Below are positions 39,801 through 48,808 of a stretch of 64,000 nt of DNA, one piece after another. The DNA comes from Candidatus Thorarchaeota archaeon (lineage in GTDB: Archaea; Asgardarchaeota; Thorarchaeia; Thorarchaeales; Thorarchaeaceae), in the NCBI GenBank assembly GCA_046758445.1, contig JBHIAE010000005.1, positions 40,465-104,464 on the forward strand, in the 5' to 3' direction. Under the pieces are notes generated by a model, which did no database searches, was not told the origin of the DNA, and worked only from the letters and a program-made list of their open reading frames with translations. A program made the translations under genes and the position numbers. The stretch's first letter is position 1; each line of letters opens with the position of its first letter.

Positions 39801-42800
39801 AGTATCGGACAACTGATTGCTCTGAAACCCGCTGCACCGACTAACTACATGCTAGACCTAGAGGTTGGATGGACGGCAGCCGATTTCGATGAAACGAATG
39901 AGGAATTATGTATCTATCCAGTCACAGGTGGTGGTTGGCCTTCTGAAGACATCAAGGTGGATGTCTGGAATGGTGCATGGACCAACGTGATAGCAGATCT
40001 CACTCCTGACCAATGGAACAATGTGAGCATTAGCAATTATCTTGCGGGGATTACATTTGAGATTCGTTTTCTTGGTGGAACTGAAACAAGTGATACAACT
40101 CAGGATACTTGGGAGATTGATGCAGTTCTGCTTCATACATGGACACTCAGCTACGCTCCGGCGAATGATCAAGCACCAACTTTGGACAATCCAAGCGACA
40201 CTGACAATATGTATGCTCAATATCTAGAGTATCAGGTCACAGTCTTTGTTTCTGACCAGAATGGTTTCGCAGACATAGACTACCTAGAGATCGGATTATG
40301 GGACAATAGTCAAACTACAGAATACTGTCGATTCAGATACGATGAGGATACAAATACATTCACTGAGGAATATGATGGTGGGACCTATGTGTCCCTCAAT
40401 TCAGGAGGCTCCTCGGCAGTTGAGAGTGGTAATGACATTGATGCAACTTTCTACTTCACTATAGATTGGGACTTCCCTGATGCCACAGATCTTGATGCAC
40501 AATGCTACGTCATTGATACACAGACGGAATCAACCAACACATGGTTTGAGGTCGATTGGGACGTGGAAACACGTCTGGACTACTCTGTCACTCCAAGCAT
40601 AGATGATGGCCTTGGTACACCTGACAGAGGCAATCTAGACGGTTCCTTCTCATTGACTGGAACCGTTGTCTACTACATGTCAGTAGATGACAATCCATCA
40701 TCCGCTATTGTCGATGTATTTGTATCAGGTTCTGAATACGGAACAAACGCAGGCCCCTGGAACGATTTGACACTTAGTTCGGGGGTCTTTGATGTAACGT
40801 GCTATGCAGACGATCTAGTAGGTCAAGATACTTACACAGTCAAGGTTGTTGAGGAAGGAGCAGGTGCGGGCGGCACGGACCTTTACTACTCAACAAGTGT
40901 TACGGACACATACATAGCAGATAGTGTTCAGGTTCAATCCTACTCTGTTGGTGATGATAGAGTAAACGTAAATGATAATGTGAATATTGATGTGACTCTG
41001 TACTATGACTACGATGATACAGTTGTTACAGATGGGGCAGTGACAATCAATACTATATCCGCGACTCACCAGGGTGCAGGTGTCTGGAGAATCACTGACT
41101 CAGAAGCAGCTGTAATGGCGAATACCTACGACATTGTTGCATATTCTGGTGGAATCCATGGACTCGCCAATGTTGACCAAAATGGACAGTCCCAGCAAGT
41201 AATCTGGGATCAGATTGTGGTGCAGACAACCGTTGCTGATGATACACGTGTCAACATCAATGACAATGTTGAGGTGCGAGTCACTCTCTGGTTGGCCTAC
41301 AACAGCTCATTCCTTGGAGCTGGAGATAGTGTCACACTTGACGATACACCAATGACTTGGGATGCAGCCAACTCTTGGTTCGATCTGACTGTATCACAGA
41401 CATCTGTTGGTCTATGGACCTACTTTGTCAATGCAAGCACCGAAGCTACCTTTGGAATCACAGCCATTGACACTAACAGTCAGAGCGTGGATGTCATCTG
41501 GGATAGAGTCCTCGTAGCATCCATAGCGATTGATGAAACCTACGTAGACCTGAACGAATTCGTACAGGTAACAGTCCAACTTGAGCATGAGTATGACCGT
41601 AGTTCAGTATTGAGTGGAACATTCGGCATCAACGGTGAAGCGATGACTCACGTAGGCTCAGGAGTCTGGACTGCTGATGTAATGAGGTCTGCATATCAAT
41701 CATTGTCCTTTGATGACTTCACGGAATGCAACGCCGACGCGTACGGAATTACGGGGTATAACATGGATGGCAATAGCGCTACAGCCTACTGGGATAGAAT
41801 CGAATTCTATAGCGGACAGGCCGTCGATGCAAGAATCAATGTTGGCAGCGACGCGACTATCATTTGGGAGGTCCGCCTGGAAACTGCAGGAATCTCAATC
41901 ACCTCCGATCTAACGGCAGTCGCAAGCGGGTCGCTGCCGTTGGTCTTCGTGACTGATAGCTGGAGGATTTCAGACTCACAAGGAAACGTCGGAAGTGCTT
42001 CTTTCTCAATCACATCCGCTTCATTCGGAGGAATTGATGCCTTTGTGCAGACCATAGCAGATGTGACTGTGATATGGGACCGCGTGATAGTTGAAACCAC
42101 AACCGCTACGCCAGTATCTGTCGAAATCAACCAGCCTCTAGAAGTGCATGTGATGTTAGCTTATGAATATGACAATACGCCGGTGACTGATGGACTTGTC
42201 AGTCTTGATGTAGAAGGTGATTCCATTGGGATGACCTACTCGTTGGGAAATGGCTATTGGTCTGCTGATGTTACAAAGTCAGTGGCTGGTGATTACTCAA
42301 TCGTGGTCGCAAGCGTTTCAGGCAATAGCCACGGCATCACCGCACTTAATGTGGATGGAAAACAGGTCGTTGTGCAATTCAGCGGAACCGTCGCCACTCC
42401 TGGAAACCCCTTGATGCTGCAGATTGCCGTAGTAGGTGGTGCTGGGATTGGTTTGGTCGGCACGGCCATCGTGCTAATGCGACGGCGAAGCGCCAGACCT
42501 GCACCCGCCTTAGGCGAAATTGACCCTATAGCGTTTGGAGTAGGTGACCCAACAGCAGCCGAAGCGACTCCTGAGGAGGCCTTTGTAGAGATAACAGCAG
42601 TTACGGTTACTGAGCCGGAGGAGGTTGGAGCTGTTGTGGCGCAGAAGCCGGTCGTTCAGCCTGAGGTTGACACTGAATCCATAGTCGGCGAAGTTGCGGA
42701 ACTAGATGCGGCTGAGGTTTCTCCTGAAGCTCTGGAGATGGAGGAGGCGACTGTTGTCGAGAAACTAGAAGTGACTCCTGAAGAAGTTCCGACTCCCAAG

Positions 42801-42959
42801 GAGATTCCCTCAATTCCAAGGAATCTGGCACGACTTACTAAGAGGGAGCTTTTTGACCTCCTTCCTGATGATATCAAGTCGGCTGCACCAGAGCTCAACA
42901 AGCTCAGAAAGAGGGAGCTACTAGATCTCGTCCGGTCACTCATCAGGCCTGAAGAATAG
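36882..42959 (+). CDS. 2025-aa cell-surface protein: signal peptide, nested beta-domains, Ig-like repeats, TM, acidic tail, HeH motif
   Basis: MRRNG plus hydrophobic leader; three A and three B repeat halves; about 5 repeats ending (V/Y)IWD; TM LQIAVVGGAGIGLVGTAIVLM-RRRS; E/P/V-rich tail. Confidence 0.9.
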   Translation: MRRNGLVFMFTVVLFGFILSMPTSSFVSIGAQNLDQRPYSKYELSGFGDNLEDFVDQTSDLHAPADLGTHSTFSDIQDYGVNYDQMQEEDTGGIGGGVLVEDYLDQTSDVDISPDLGSHGAFADLQDTDDTYDLLSEALPTAPPVFQSSAESWSAVGQAGHSFNYTLTTFSGDNRLVVVGVAWEDAEATADVTDITFNSVSIATEQIAEIVADVGFSTYVAGWYILDANLPSKAGSYNITVTVSEAITREIMVFVAEYTGVEQEAPDDTGSHQTPNPGDTTFTVTANEDNALIVAVGCTGGTTSMTSVTGGISNHEDVSDPTVTSEGGAIADYIGATSGDHTVGWTGLATRACSIGGVWSGAASSSDYQMDLEVQFTTVVDFLITEELCIKTGTFSGSEDINVTYWSGSSWTSIASDLTASQWNNFTVSLTSSTFAIKFGGSSTTSDAVLDTWNIDSVLLQVSGAGSKEDVVDVQSDVDGSADVGTHSSFAEMQTADLTYDTLTEIDTAGSLSGTVGYTFPGFTDLNQLEINEIILCQFSLGEDNVNVYSMSAYGRIDAGFGTEVVRYLIYADSAGSPGAYLGPTNQGTWTASASWTTLDMETNLTLSSGDYWLGLWSNDEIRPYYQFGAAGQTAMNVSSSSYPAQPDPFGSVTEWHNREVSVYFSWDKDLPNNYELDLEVQFTDIPYLLPVEKLCIYAGAVDAEDIIVQIRTDGGTWSNVTTDLTGSSWNNHTIKLNTTTLTIRFIDGTPTGDTSQGTWQIDIALMYLEHPGGGAGSISFRAFAAAVGQDTTSVIINKPSGTIQNDVMVCTVLTTGGTGVTFTLTGWTIIQRHDSGTTLAQAQYYKVAGASEPATYTISFSPQVVGAAVGIATYIGVDTTTPIDAYSGQVNAASTSVTAPSITTTSANAMLVGGFGTFVQTTITPATGMTERYDIVGGIGGDDQITDEVADEVKATAGATGTRVATAGLSAVSIGQLIALKPAAPTNYMLDLEVGWTAADFDETNEELCIYPVTGGGWPSEDIKVDVWNGAWTNVIADLTPDQWNNVSISNYLAGITFEIRFLGGTETSDTTQDTWEIDAVLLHTWTLSYAPANDQAPTLDNPSDTDNMYAQYLEYQVTVFVSDQNGFADIDYLEIGLWDNSQTTEYCRFRYDEDTNTFTEEYDGGTYVSLNSGGSSAVESGNDIDATFYFTIDWDFPDATDLDAQCYVIDTQTESTNTWFEVDWDVETRLDYSVTPSIDDGLGTPDRGNLDGSFSLTGTVVYYMSVDDNPSSAIVDVFVSGSEYGTNAGPWNDLTLSSGVFDVTCYADDLVGQDTYTVKVVEEGAGAGGTDLYYSTSVTDTYIADSVQVQSYSVGDDRVNVNDNVNIDVTLYYDYDDTVVTDGAVTINTISATHQGAGVWRITDSEAAVMANTYDIVAYSGGIHGLANVDQNGQSQQVIWDQIVVQTTVADDTRVNINDNVEVRVTLWLAYNSSFLGAGDSVTLDDTPMTWDAANSWFDLTVSQTSVGLWTYFVNASTEATFGITAIDTNSQSVDVIWDRVLVASIAIDETYVDLNEFVQVTVQLEHEYDRSSVLSGTFGINGEAMTHVGSGVWTADVMRSAYQSLSFDDFTECNADAYGITGYNMDGNSATAYWDRIEFYSGQAVDARINVGSDATIIWEVRLETAGISITSDLTAVASGSLPLVFVTDSWRISDSQGNVGSASFSITSASFGGIDAFVQTIADVTVIWDRVIVETTTATPVSVEINQPLEVHVMLAYEYDNTPVTDGLVSLDVEGDSIGMTYSLGNGYWSADVTKSVAGDYSIVVASVSGNSHGITALNVDGKQVVVQFSGTVATPGNPLMLQIAVVGGAGIGLVGTAIVLMRRRSARPAPALGEIDPIAFGVGDPTAAEATPEEAFVEITAVTVTEPEEVGAVVAQKPVVQPEVDTESIVGEVAELDAAEVSPEALEMEEATVVEKLEVTPEEVPTPKEIPSIPRNLARLTKRELFDLLPDDIKSAAPELNKLRKRELLDLVRSLIRPEE
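37035..40142 (+). repeat. Intragenic repeat halves A1, A2, A3 and B1, B2, B3
   Basis: A (EDxxDxxSDxxxxxDxGxHxxFxxxQ...YD) at 37035, 37182, 38286. B (YxxDLEVxxT...ExLCI...ED...WNN...W.ID) at 37983, 38904, 39846. Confidence 0.85.
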
Positions 42960-42998
42960 AAGTTTCGAAGGGTTAATGAACGACTCATTCCACGGTGT

Positions 42999-43676
42999 GT
43001 GTGTTCAGATCTTCTAGATTGGCAACCGAAGTCGGAAGTGGTCATATTGCTAGATATCCATGAGCTAGACTCAGAACTTGGGCTTGGGGATGTTGGTGGT
43101 TGGAAGCGGGGAGTAAGGGTTCTTGGAGTTTCGGAGAGCTTTCTCCGTTCAGACCTGAAGAGCAATGTCGCAGGTGTTGTCATGAGGGGCGACATGCGAA
43201 TCGATGGCGTAGGATTCTGCGAACCAACGGTCGGAGGAACAGATGCAACTGACCAGCTCATATTGATGTTCAATCGACTGGCGCGGGGAGACATTAGGGC
43301 CTGGATGCTGGGGGGCTGTATCATTTCGTGGTTCAATACTGTAAACTCGGTGAGGCTCTTTGAAGCGACAGGAGTCCCTGTAGTGTGTGTTTCTTACAAT
43401 CCGTCGGAAGGGATTGAGAAATACTTGCGCGAGTATTTCCCCAACAGCTGGCAGGAGCGAGTCAGTCAGATGGACAGAGGAGGTCCGAGAGAACAGGTTC
43501 TTCTGAAGACCGGTCATGAAGTGTTTGTCGCGACAGCAGGGCTTACCACCAAGAAAGCACACCGTCTGGTGGATCAGTTCACTCTAGATGGAAGAATCCC
43601 CGAGCCGATTCGTGTTGCTCGTATCCTAGCCTCAGCCCTCAAACGGGATTTCAGCCTGGTCAGTGAAAGAACCTAA
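42999..43676 (+). CDS. DUF99 family (endonuclease V-like) protein
   Basis: RVLGVSESF, AGVVMRGD, VGGTDATD, GCIISWFN, GRIPEPIRVA; true start uncertain. Confidence 0.85.
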   Translation: MCSDLLDWQPKSEVVILLDIHELDSELGLGDVGGWKRGVRVLGVSESFLRSDLKSNVAGVVMRGDMRIDGVGFCEPTVGGTDATDQLILMFNRLARGDIRAWMLGGCIISWFNTVNSVRLFEATGVPVVCVSYNPSEGIEKYLREYFPNSWQERVSQMDRGGPREQVLLKTGHEVFVATAGLTTKKAHRLVDQFTLDGRIPEPIRVARILASALKRDFSLVSERT

Positions 43677-43696
43677 GAGTCAAGGCCAGGGTGATA

Positions 43697-44311
43697 CTAC
43701 GTACTCTCACCAACTCTTGTTGACCCATGCTCTTCTTCAAGTTCCTTGCACAGATCCATCGCGAACGCTATGCCCAACTCCTCTAATCGATCCCTGCCCG
43801 AGTCATAGAACCCTTGAAGAAGACTAGGGGAAACTCCAGATCTCTCCATTGAGATAGCGTGCACAAGCATGTCCAATACATCTGCCGAGCCAACGATCCT
43901 TGCTTCTAGCGAGATTCCTTCACGGTACACGCCCCACTGGTCGCGAAGAATACCTCCCAGGTCGCCCAGGGGAGCCACAATTGATTCTAATGCTCTCGCT
44001 TCAAGGGCTGACTTCTCAACTACGAATCCTTTAGTATACACTGTGTCCGGTGCGGATGGAATATCGGAAACAACTGCCTCCCCCAAGTCATGAAGAATGG
44101 CCATAGCGAGTGTTTCTCCCAAATCAATTTCCTTTCCCTCTTCTTCGAGTTTCTTTGCGAGTAACAACGAAATCAATGCAGTGCCATAGGAGTGCTCTGC
44201 TACCGACTCGAAGACAAGACAGTCTACTCCTGCAGTCGCCCATCCAGCTCTCTGCAGGCTCTTCAGAATCTCTCCTTTCATGAAGAAGGAAATGGCATCC
44301 AGAGCTATCAT
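43697..44311 (-). CDS. HD-domain hydrolase (YfbR/HDDC2-like 5'-deoxynucleotidase)
   Basis: LKSLQRAGW, ESVAEHSY, LHDLGE, ADVLDM. Confidence 0.9.
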   Translation of the reverse strand: MIALDAISFFMKGEILKSLQRAGWATAGVDCLVFESVAEHSYGTALISLLLAKKLEEEGKEIDLGETLAMAILHDLGEAVVSDIPSAPDTVYTKGFVVEKSALEARALESIVAPLGDLGGILRDQWGVYREGISLEARIVGSADVLDMLVHAISMERSGVSPSLLQGFYDSGRDRLEELGIAFAMDLCKELEEEHGSTRVGEST

Positions 44312-44378
44312 ATCGAGCAGTTTGAGAGCATTAGTTATAAGTAGTGGAGGTGCAAGAGCCTTCGCACCGATTTGAGAG

Positions 44379-45104
44379 ATGAGGGATATGCCGGAAAAGA
44401 CTCTCGCAGAGGTGGCAACACTTCTTGAGGAAGCACTTGAGCTTCATAAATCTGTAAGGCAAGTCGTTCTCTCAACCAGGGAAGGTGTCGTCGTGGCTTC
44501 GGTTGGCCGAGACGAAGAGCTTGACTCGAAAGTACTCTCGACCATCTCTGCTGCTCTTGTTTGGGCCGGTTCAACCGCTCTCGATAGCATTGGTTCAACG
44601 AAACCAAAATACCTCATCCAATCTACGAGCATTGAACGTATTCTCACAATACTGGAACCGAACTATTTTCTCGTGGTTGTGATCTCAAAAGCCGCTGATG
44701 CTGGTGCAGATATGGATGAGTTGTTGTCCAAGTTCCAGTCTGTTGCGACAAGGATGGAGCTATTGATGAGCTCAACCAGCGACTTCGGACAGCAAACAAC
44801 CATTGGACGCATTCTTGAGGAACTCCCAGGGATTTCTCAGGCAATGCTCCTGACTGAGGAAGGTATGCCCTTAGGATCAGTGGGGTTTGAAGACCCAATA
44901 GAACTCGCTGGACTCGCGAGTTCAATATTCTCGAACGGGCTCACCTTTTCGCCAGACACCGATTACATAACAATGACTGCTGGGGAACTTGAACTGATGG
45001 TCGCCCGAGCAGATGAGAGTCGGCTGGTCATGGTAGCTAGCCGGGGCCAGAATCCAGCTGAATTGGCGCAGAAAGTGCGAAACATCGTCGAGGGTCTGAG
45101 CTAG
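44379..45104 (+). CDS. Tandem (two-domain) Roadblock/LC7-like protein
   Basis: Two halves: VVLSTREGVVVAS...LSTISAAL and MLLTEEGMPLGS...LAGLASSI. Confidence 0.75.
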   Translation: MRDMPEKTLAEVATLLEEALELHKSVRQVVLSTREGVVVASVGRDEELDSKVLSTISAALVWAGSTALDSIGSTKPKYLIQSTSIERILTILEPNYFLVVVISKAADAGADMDELLSKFQSVATRMELLMSSTSDFGQQTTIGRILEELPGISQAMLLTEEGMPLGSVGFEDPIELAGLASSIFSNGLTFSPDTDYITMTAGELELMVARADESRLVMVASRGQNPAELAQKVRNIVEGLS

Positions 45105-45814
45105 GCTCCTTTTGCCTCTGCCTCTTCCAAGGGCCTATCTGTTTCTGTTATGGACTCATCGTCCTCAACATCTCGAAACTGCCATTCTGTCAAGTTGATG
45201 GTTATGAAGCAGTCCTTTCCTCGTTCAGGGCAGTCGATTCGTATCGTGACGTGGTCTTCCGTTGATTCTCTGATTTCAGGGTTCAAGCATCCGTCTTCAA
45301 GCTTCTCCATCAAGAACATTACAAATGCTTCGGAAATCGTGTTTAGACTTCCCTTGAGAAGTGCTTGGCCGAGTTCATCCAAATAGTGTCTCTTCTTACG
45401 ACCTTCTTTCTTGACCTTGACCAGGCCTACCTCTTCCATCCTTGAGACGTGCCATCTCACCGTATCATGATGTACGCCAAGGGTTTCGGCCATTTGTTCC
45501 TGGTAACACGAAGGGTTGTTCACGATATAGGCAAAGATATTCTGAGCAGTTTCACTTCGCATCGTGAGGTATGCCATCTCTGCTTCTCGAGACCTCAACA
45601 TCTTTGGATAATAGAGTCGTTTTCCCGCGAACTTGATTGACTTCACTAGTCCCTCCCGTTCTAGAATCCTGAGATGCCACGTCAAGGTGCCTAGAGGCGA
45701 TTCGAGTAGCTCCACTAGTTCGAGAAGGTAAGTTCCCGGGTTCTCACATAGAACTTGGTACAAGTCGCGTCGAAAGGGATGAAGAAGTAGTGCCATGCGT
45801 TTCTGACGACCCAT
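45101..45814 (-). CDS. Double winged-HTH transcriptional regulator (ArsR-like)
   Basis: RRDLY...NPG...LTWHLRILEREGLV and NNP...VRWHVSRMEEVGLV. Confidence 0.88.
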   Translation of the reverse strand: MGRQKRMALLLHPFRRDLYQVLCENPGTYLLELVELLESPLGTLTWHLRILEREGLVKSIKFAGKRLYYPKMLRSREAEMAYLTMRSETAQNIFAYIVNNPSCYQEQMAETLGVHHDTVRWHVSRMEEVGLVKVKKEGRKKRHYLDELGQALLKGSLNTISEAFVMFLMEKLEDGCLNPEIRESTEDHVTIRIDCPERGKDCFITINLTEWQFRDVEDDESITETDRPLEEAEAKGA

Positions 45815-46063
45815 TGTACCGGCCTCTCGTCCTGCTCCCTGACATTCATGAGTGAAGGGTGATTAAAATGCTTCGACAAGCGATTATAGACTCCCGTGAT
45901 ACTGAATCCTATACTTCAATCATTGGGTGATTCCTGCTTTCTAATGGCCTTGATGAGGAGGCCACGTGAGCGGAACTACAAGAGGAATCGCTCAGCTCAT
46001 GCTCAGTGATATTGGAGTCAATCCTGGCTTGCCGCGAAACATGTCAAAAACACTTGGCGGGGA

Positions 46064-46450
46064 TTAATCTCTATCGCCTGTTTCCCCAATTCTGATTGCC
46101 CTCATCTCAGAGGCAATCACATTCCCAGCTTCAAACCCTTCTCGGATGTTTACTGCGTCTTCATCCTCTAGTTCAAAGACACCAATCAACTGGTTCCTGT
46201 CCGACAACGCCCACTGCCCGTAGACGGTGATTCCCGAATCAGTTTCGCATTCTAGAAGACCTAGAGTCCCGGAACTCGACCACCAACTCAGGCACTTACC
46301 AATGAAACCAAGTCTTGAGATGAGATCGTTCCATAGGTTTGCAAGTTTCGTTGGACCAAACTTGTTCCTGAATGTAATGAGGAAGTGTCCTTCCTTTCCT
46401 TGAATCTCTCTCTCAATAGTTTCTATCTCATTCTTTGTAAAGAGTGCCAT
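46064..46450 (-). CDS. Hypothetical protein
   Basis: 128-aa ORF, TATA-like TTTTAA upstream, divergent from the ATP-grasp gene. Confidence 0.65.
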   Translation of the reverse strand: MALFTKNEIETIEREIQGKEGHFLITFRNKFGPTKLANLWNDLISRLGFIGKCLSWWSSSGTLGLLECETDSGITVYGQWALSDRNQLIGVFELEDEDAVNIREGFEAGNVIASEMRAIRIGETGDRD

Positions 46451-46543
46451 TGATGGTCTTGTAAGGCAACGTAGACTGAAGTTAAAAGCACCGCGCTATG
46501 GATAAAAGGCAGCATTACTGTGTCGATGAGAGGCTGAGAGATC

Positions 46544-47443
46544 TTGACGACCAAACGCATTTCCCGGATTGGACTATTCTCATCTGATCCATGGTCTTCT
46601 CGGGTCGACAGTCTCGAAAAAGCCCTTCAGGGTCTTGGCGTGGAAGTACTTAGAGTAATACCTTGGAAAGTGTCGAGTCATAGTTCCTCACAGAGCCATC
46701 GCATTGTATCGGGAGATCATGATCTCTCTGAACTGGACCTTCTACTCGTCCTTGACTTGGGGGCGAACGACATTGGTACTTTCTTCAGTCGGGTTGGATT
46801 CCTTTCAGCTCTTGCAGAATTGGGTGTTCAAATCGTCAACTCGGTCAACTCGATCCTTCTGATGCGGAACAAGGCTGAAACGATGAGACGGCTCGTATCT
46901 GCAGGCCTGCCTGTGCCCAAGACACTCATAACTGAGTCAATTGAGGATGCGGCAGATTTCATTAGAGAACACTTCCCGTGTGTACTCAAGCCAATCACCG
47001 GTTTTGGTGGACTCGGCGTCCAGTTAATTGATAGAGAGTTCGACCTGGAGAACGTCTATGATTACCTCAAGTTCCACAGCCAAATGTTCGGAAAGGGAGC
47101 GTACCTCCTTCAGGAGTACGTCCGGGGACCCGGGTTCGATATCAGAGCATTCGTTATGGACAAACATGTTGTCGCAACTATGCAGAGAGTAAGCAGTGAT
47201 GGCTTTGTCACCAACATTCACGCAGGAGGAAGACCGAGGCCGAACGATGTTGACGTCACCGACCTTGCAGTACGTGCCGCAGTTTCCGTCAGGGGACGCA
47301 TGGTCGGAGTGGACATCATCCCAGATCAGGAAGGTGATCTTTGGGTTCTCGAGGTGAATGCCACACCCGGATGGACCGGTCTACAGAAGGTCACTGGCAT
47401 TGATATTGCAGGCAAAATCGCAGAATCATTGACGAGAACCTGA
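46544..47443 (+). CDS. RimK-family ATP-grasp ligase (CofF/MptN/LysX-like)
   Basis: RNKAET, LPVPKT, VLKPITGFGG, LQEYV, DIR, TNIHAGG, GVDI, LEVNATPGW. Confidence 0.9.
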   Translation: MTTKRISRIGLFSSDPWSSRVDSLEKALQGLGVEVLRVIPWKVSSHSSSQSHRIVSGDHDLSELDLLLVLDLGANDIGTFFSRVGFLSALAELGVQIVNSVNSILLMRNKAETMRRLVSAGLPVPKTLITESIEDAADFIREHFPCVLKPITGFGGLGVQLIDREFDLENVYDYLKFHSQMFGKGAYLLQEYVRGPGFDIRAFVMDKHVVATMQRVSSDGFVTNIHAGGRPRPNDVDVTDLAVRAAVSVRGRMVGVDIIPDQEGDLWVLEVNATPGWTGLQKVTGIDIAGKIAESLTRT

Positions 47444-47601
47444 CTTGTCATGTTCTGACTGGGACTCATCCATAGATTTTTAAGAGAGCCCTAGAGCGAG
47501 AGGAATACGCCAGTACCTCCAGGGCACGGATTTGTGCTCAAGGGGTCGGAATCCGCCCTGCTTGGCAGGGACCGCAAAACGAAATTCTGAGGCTACAGAG
47601 T

Positions 47602-48657
47602 TTGACAGAAGCAGCCGAAGCAAAGCCAGAGGATATTGAGTACCTCAGGGCCCGCTTGAGAGAGCTCAAGACACAGGCACGTGGGGACCTTGAGGTGTTG
47701 AGAAGAAATCGCGACAAGATGCGCGAATACAAGACTATCAGGGACGAGCACAACAAGGAAGTCCGCAGTCTTATAGAATCAGTGAAGGCTGAAAGAGAAG
47801 AGCGAGATCGAATCAACAAGGAGATCAATGAGGCCAAGCAGCGGCGAACGGCGATTCACGCACAGCTCAAGAGCATCTACGAGGAGATACGTGAGCTTCG
47901 AAGCAATATCGTTGGAAGCCCTTCCACAGACCAACGTAGGATGATGCGCCACGTCGAAGAATTGGAATGGCGTCAGCAAACAGAACAACTCTCAATGGAT
48001 GAAGAGCGGTCGATTGTTGAAGAGATTGCTCGAATCGAAACCAAACTCGTCAAGATTGGCCAGGAGAAGGAGAAACAGGATAGGATCAGTGAGCTAAGAA
48101 GGCTTGCGCGCCGACTGAAAGGAGAGGCATCGGATGCCCACGCAAAGGTTCTGGACTTGTCGGAGCAGTCTCAGGTTCATCATCAAGAGGTTGTCAGAAT
48201 AAGGCCTCAGCTAGAGGAGTTCAAGCGGTCTGCAGACACAGCACATCAGAACTTCGTGGAATGGTTGAAGAAGGTGAAAGAGGGCGAAGCAAAGCTCAAG
48301 GAAGTCCGCGACGAGATTGACGACACTTATGGCAAGATAAGAAAGCACGAGTCTGAGCAACGGGACAATGCTCGCTCCGAGAAGCGCGAGATTCAGAAAG
48401 CTCAGGAGCAAGAGCGCCAGGACGCAGCAGTCGAGAAGCTCCAGGCTGGCAAACGCCTAACCTTCGACGAGTTCATTCTTGCCCAGCGCGGAGTCGCTGA
48501 TGATAAGAAACAGTCCAGGAAGCGAAGAGATCGAGATGAATCAGCTGATGAAGAGGTTTCCAAAGAAACTCCAGAGGGACCATCCAAAGTTGAAGCCCCA
48601 GTTGAAGTGACTGAGGCCGGAGAATCATCAACTGAAGAAGTCGACAAAGAGGAATAG
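47602..48657 (+). CDS. Archaeal long coiled-coil protein (COG1340-like)
   Basis: Heptad-rich; LEWRQQT..LS...E, AHQNFVE, KLQAGKRLTFDE. Confidence 0.85.
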   Translation: MTEAAEAKPEDIEYLRARLRELKTQARGDLEVLRRNRDKMREYKTIRDEHNKEVRSLIESVKAEREERDRINKEINEAKQRRTAIHAQLKSIYEEIRELRSNIVGSPSTDQRRMMRHVEELEWRQQTEQLSMDEERSIVEEIARIETKLVKIGQEKEKQDRISELRRLARRLKGEASDAHAKVLDLSEQSQVHHQEVVRIRPQLEEFKRSADTAHQNFVEWLKKVKEGEAKLKEVRDEIDDTYGKIRKHESEQRDNARSEKREIQKAQEQERQDAAVEKLQAGKRLTFDEFILAQRGVADDKKQSRKRRDRDESADEEVSKETPEGPSKVEAPVEVTEAGESSTEEVDKEE

Positions 48658-48808
48658 TTTAGCTAGTTGTTTCCAGTTGCAGCAATCCTCCACCATAGGT
48701 CCTACCACCCGAATACCTTAATACGTGCCACTTTTAGCAGGCGCAATGCTGAGGAGCGTGGACCAAAGAGAAGCGTTTCTTTCTTGCTCACGATGGTTGC
48801 TGATATCT

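Noticed and set aside
42656-43336. 226-aa Ser-rich minus-strand ORF
   Set aside because: Antisense shadow of the surface-protein tail and the DUF99 gene.
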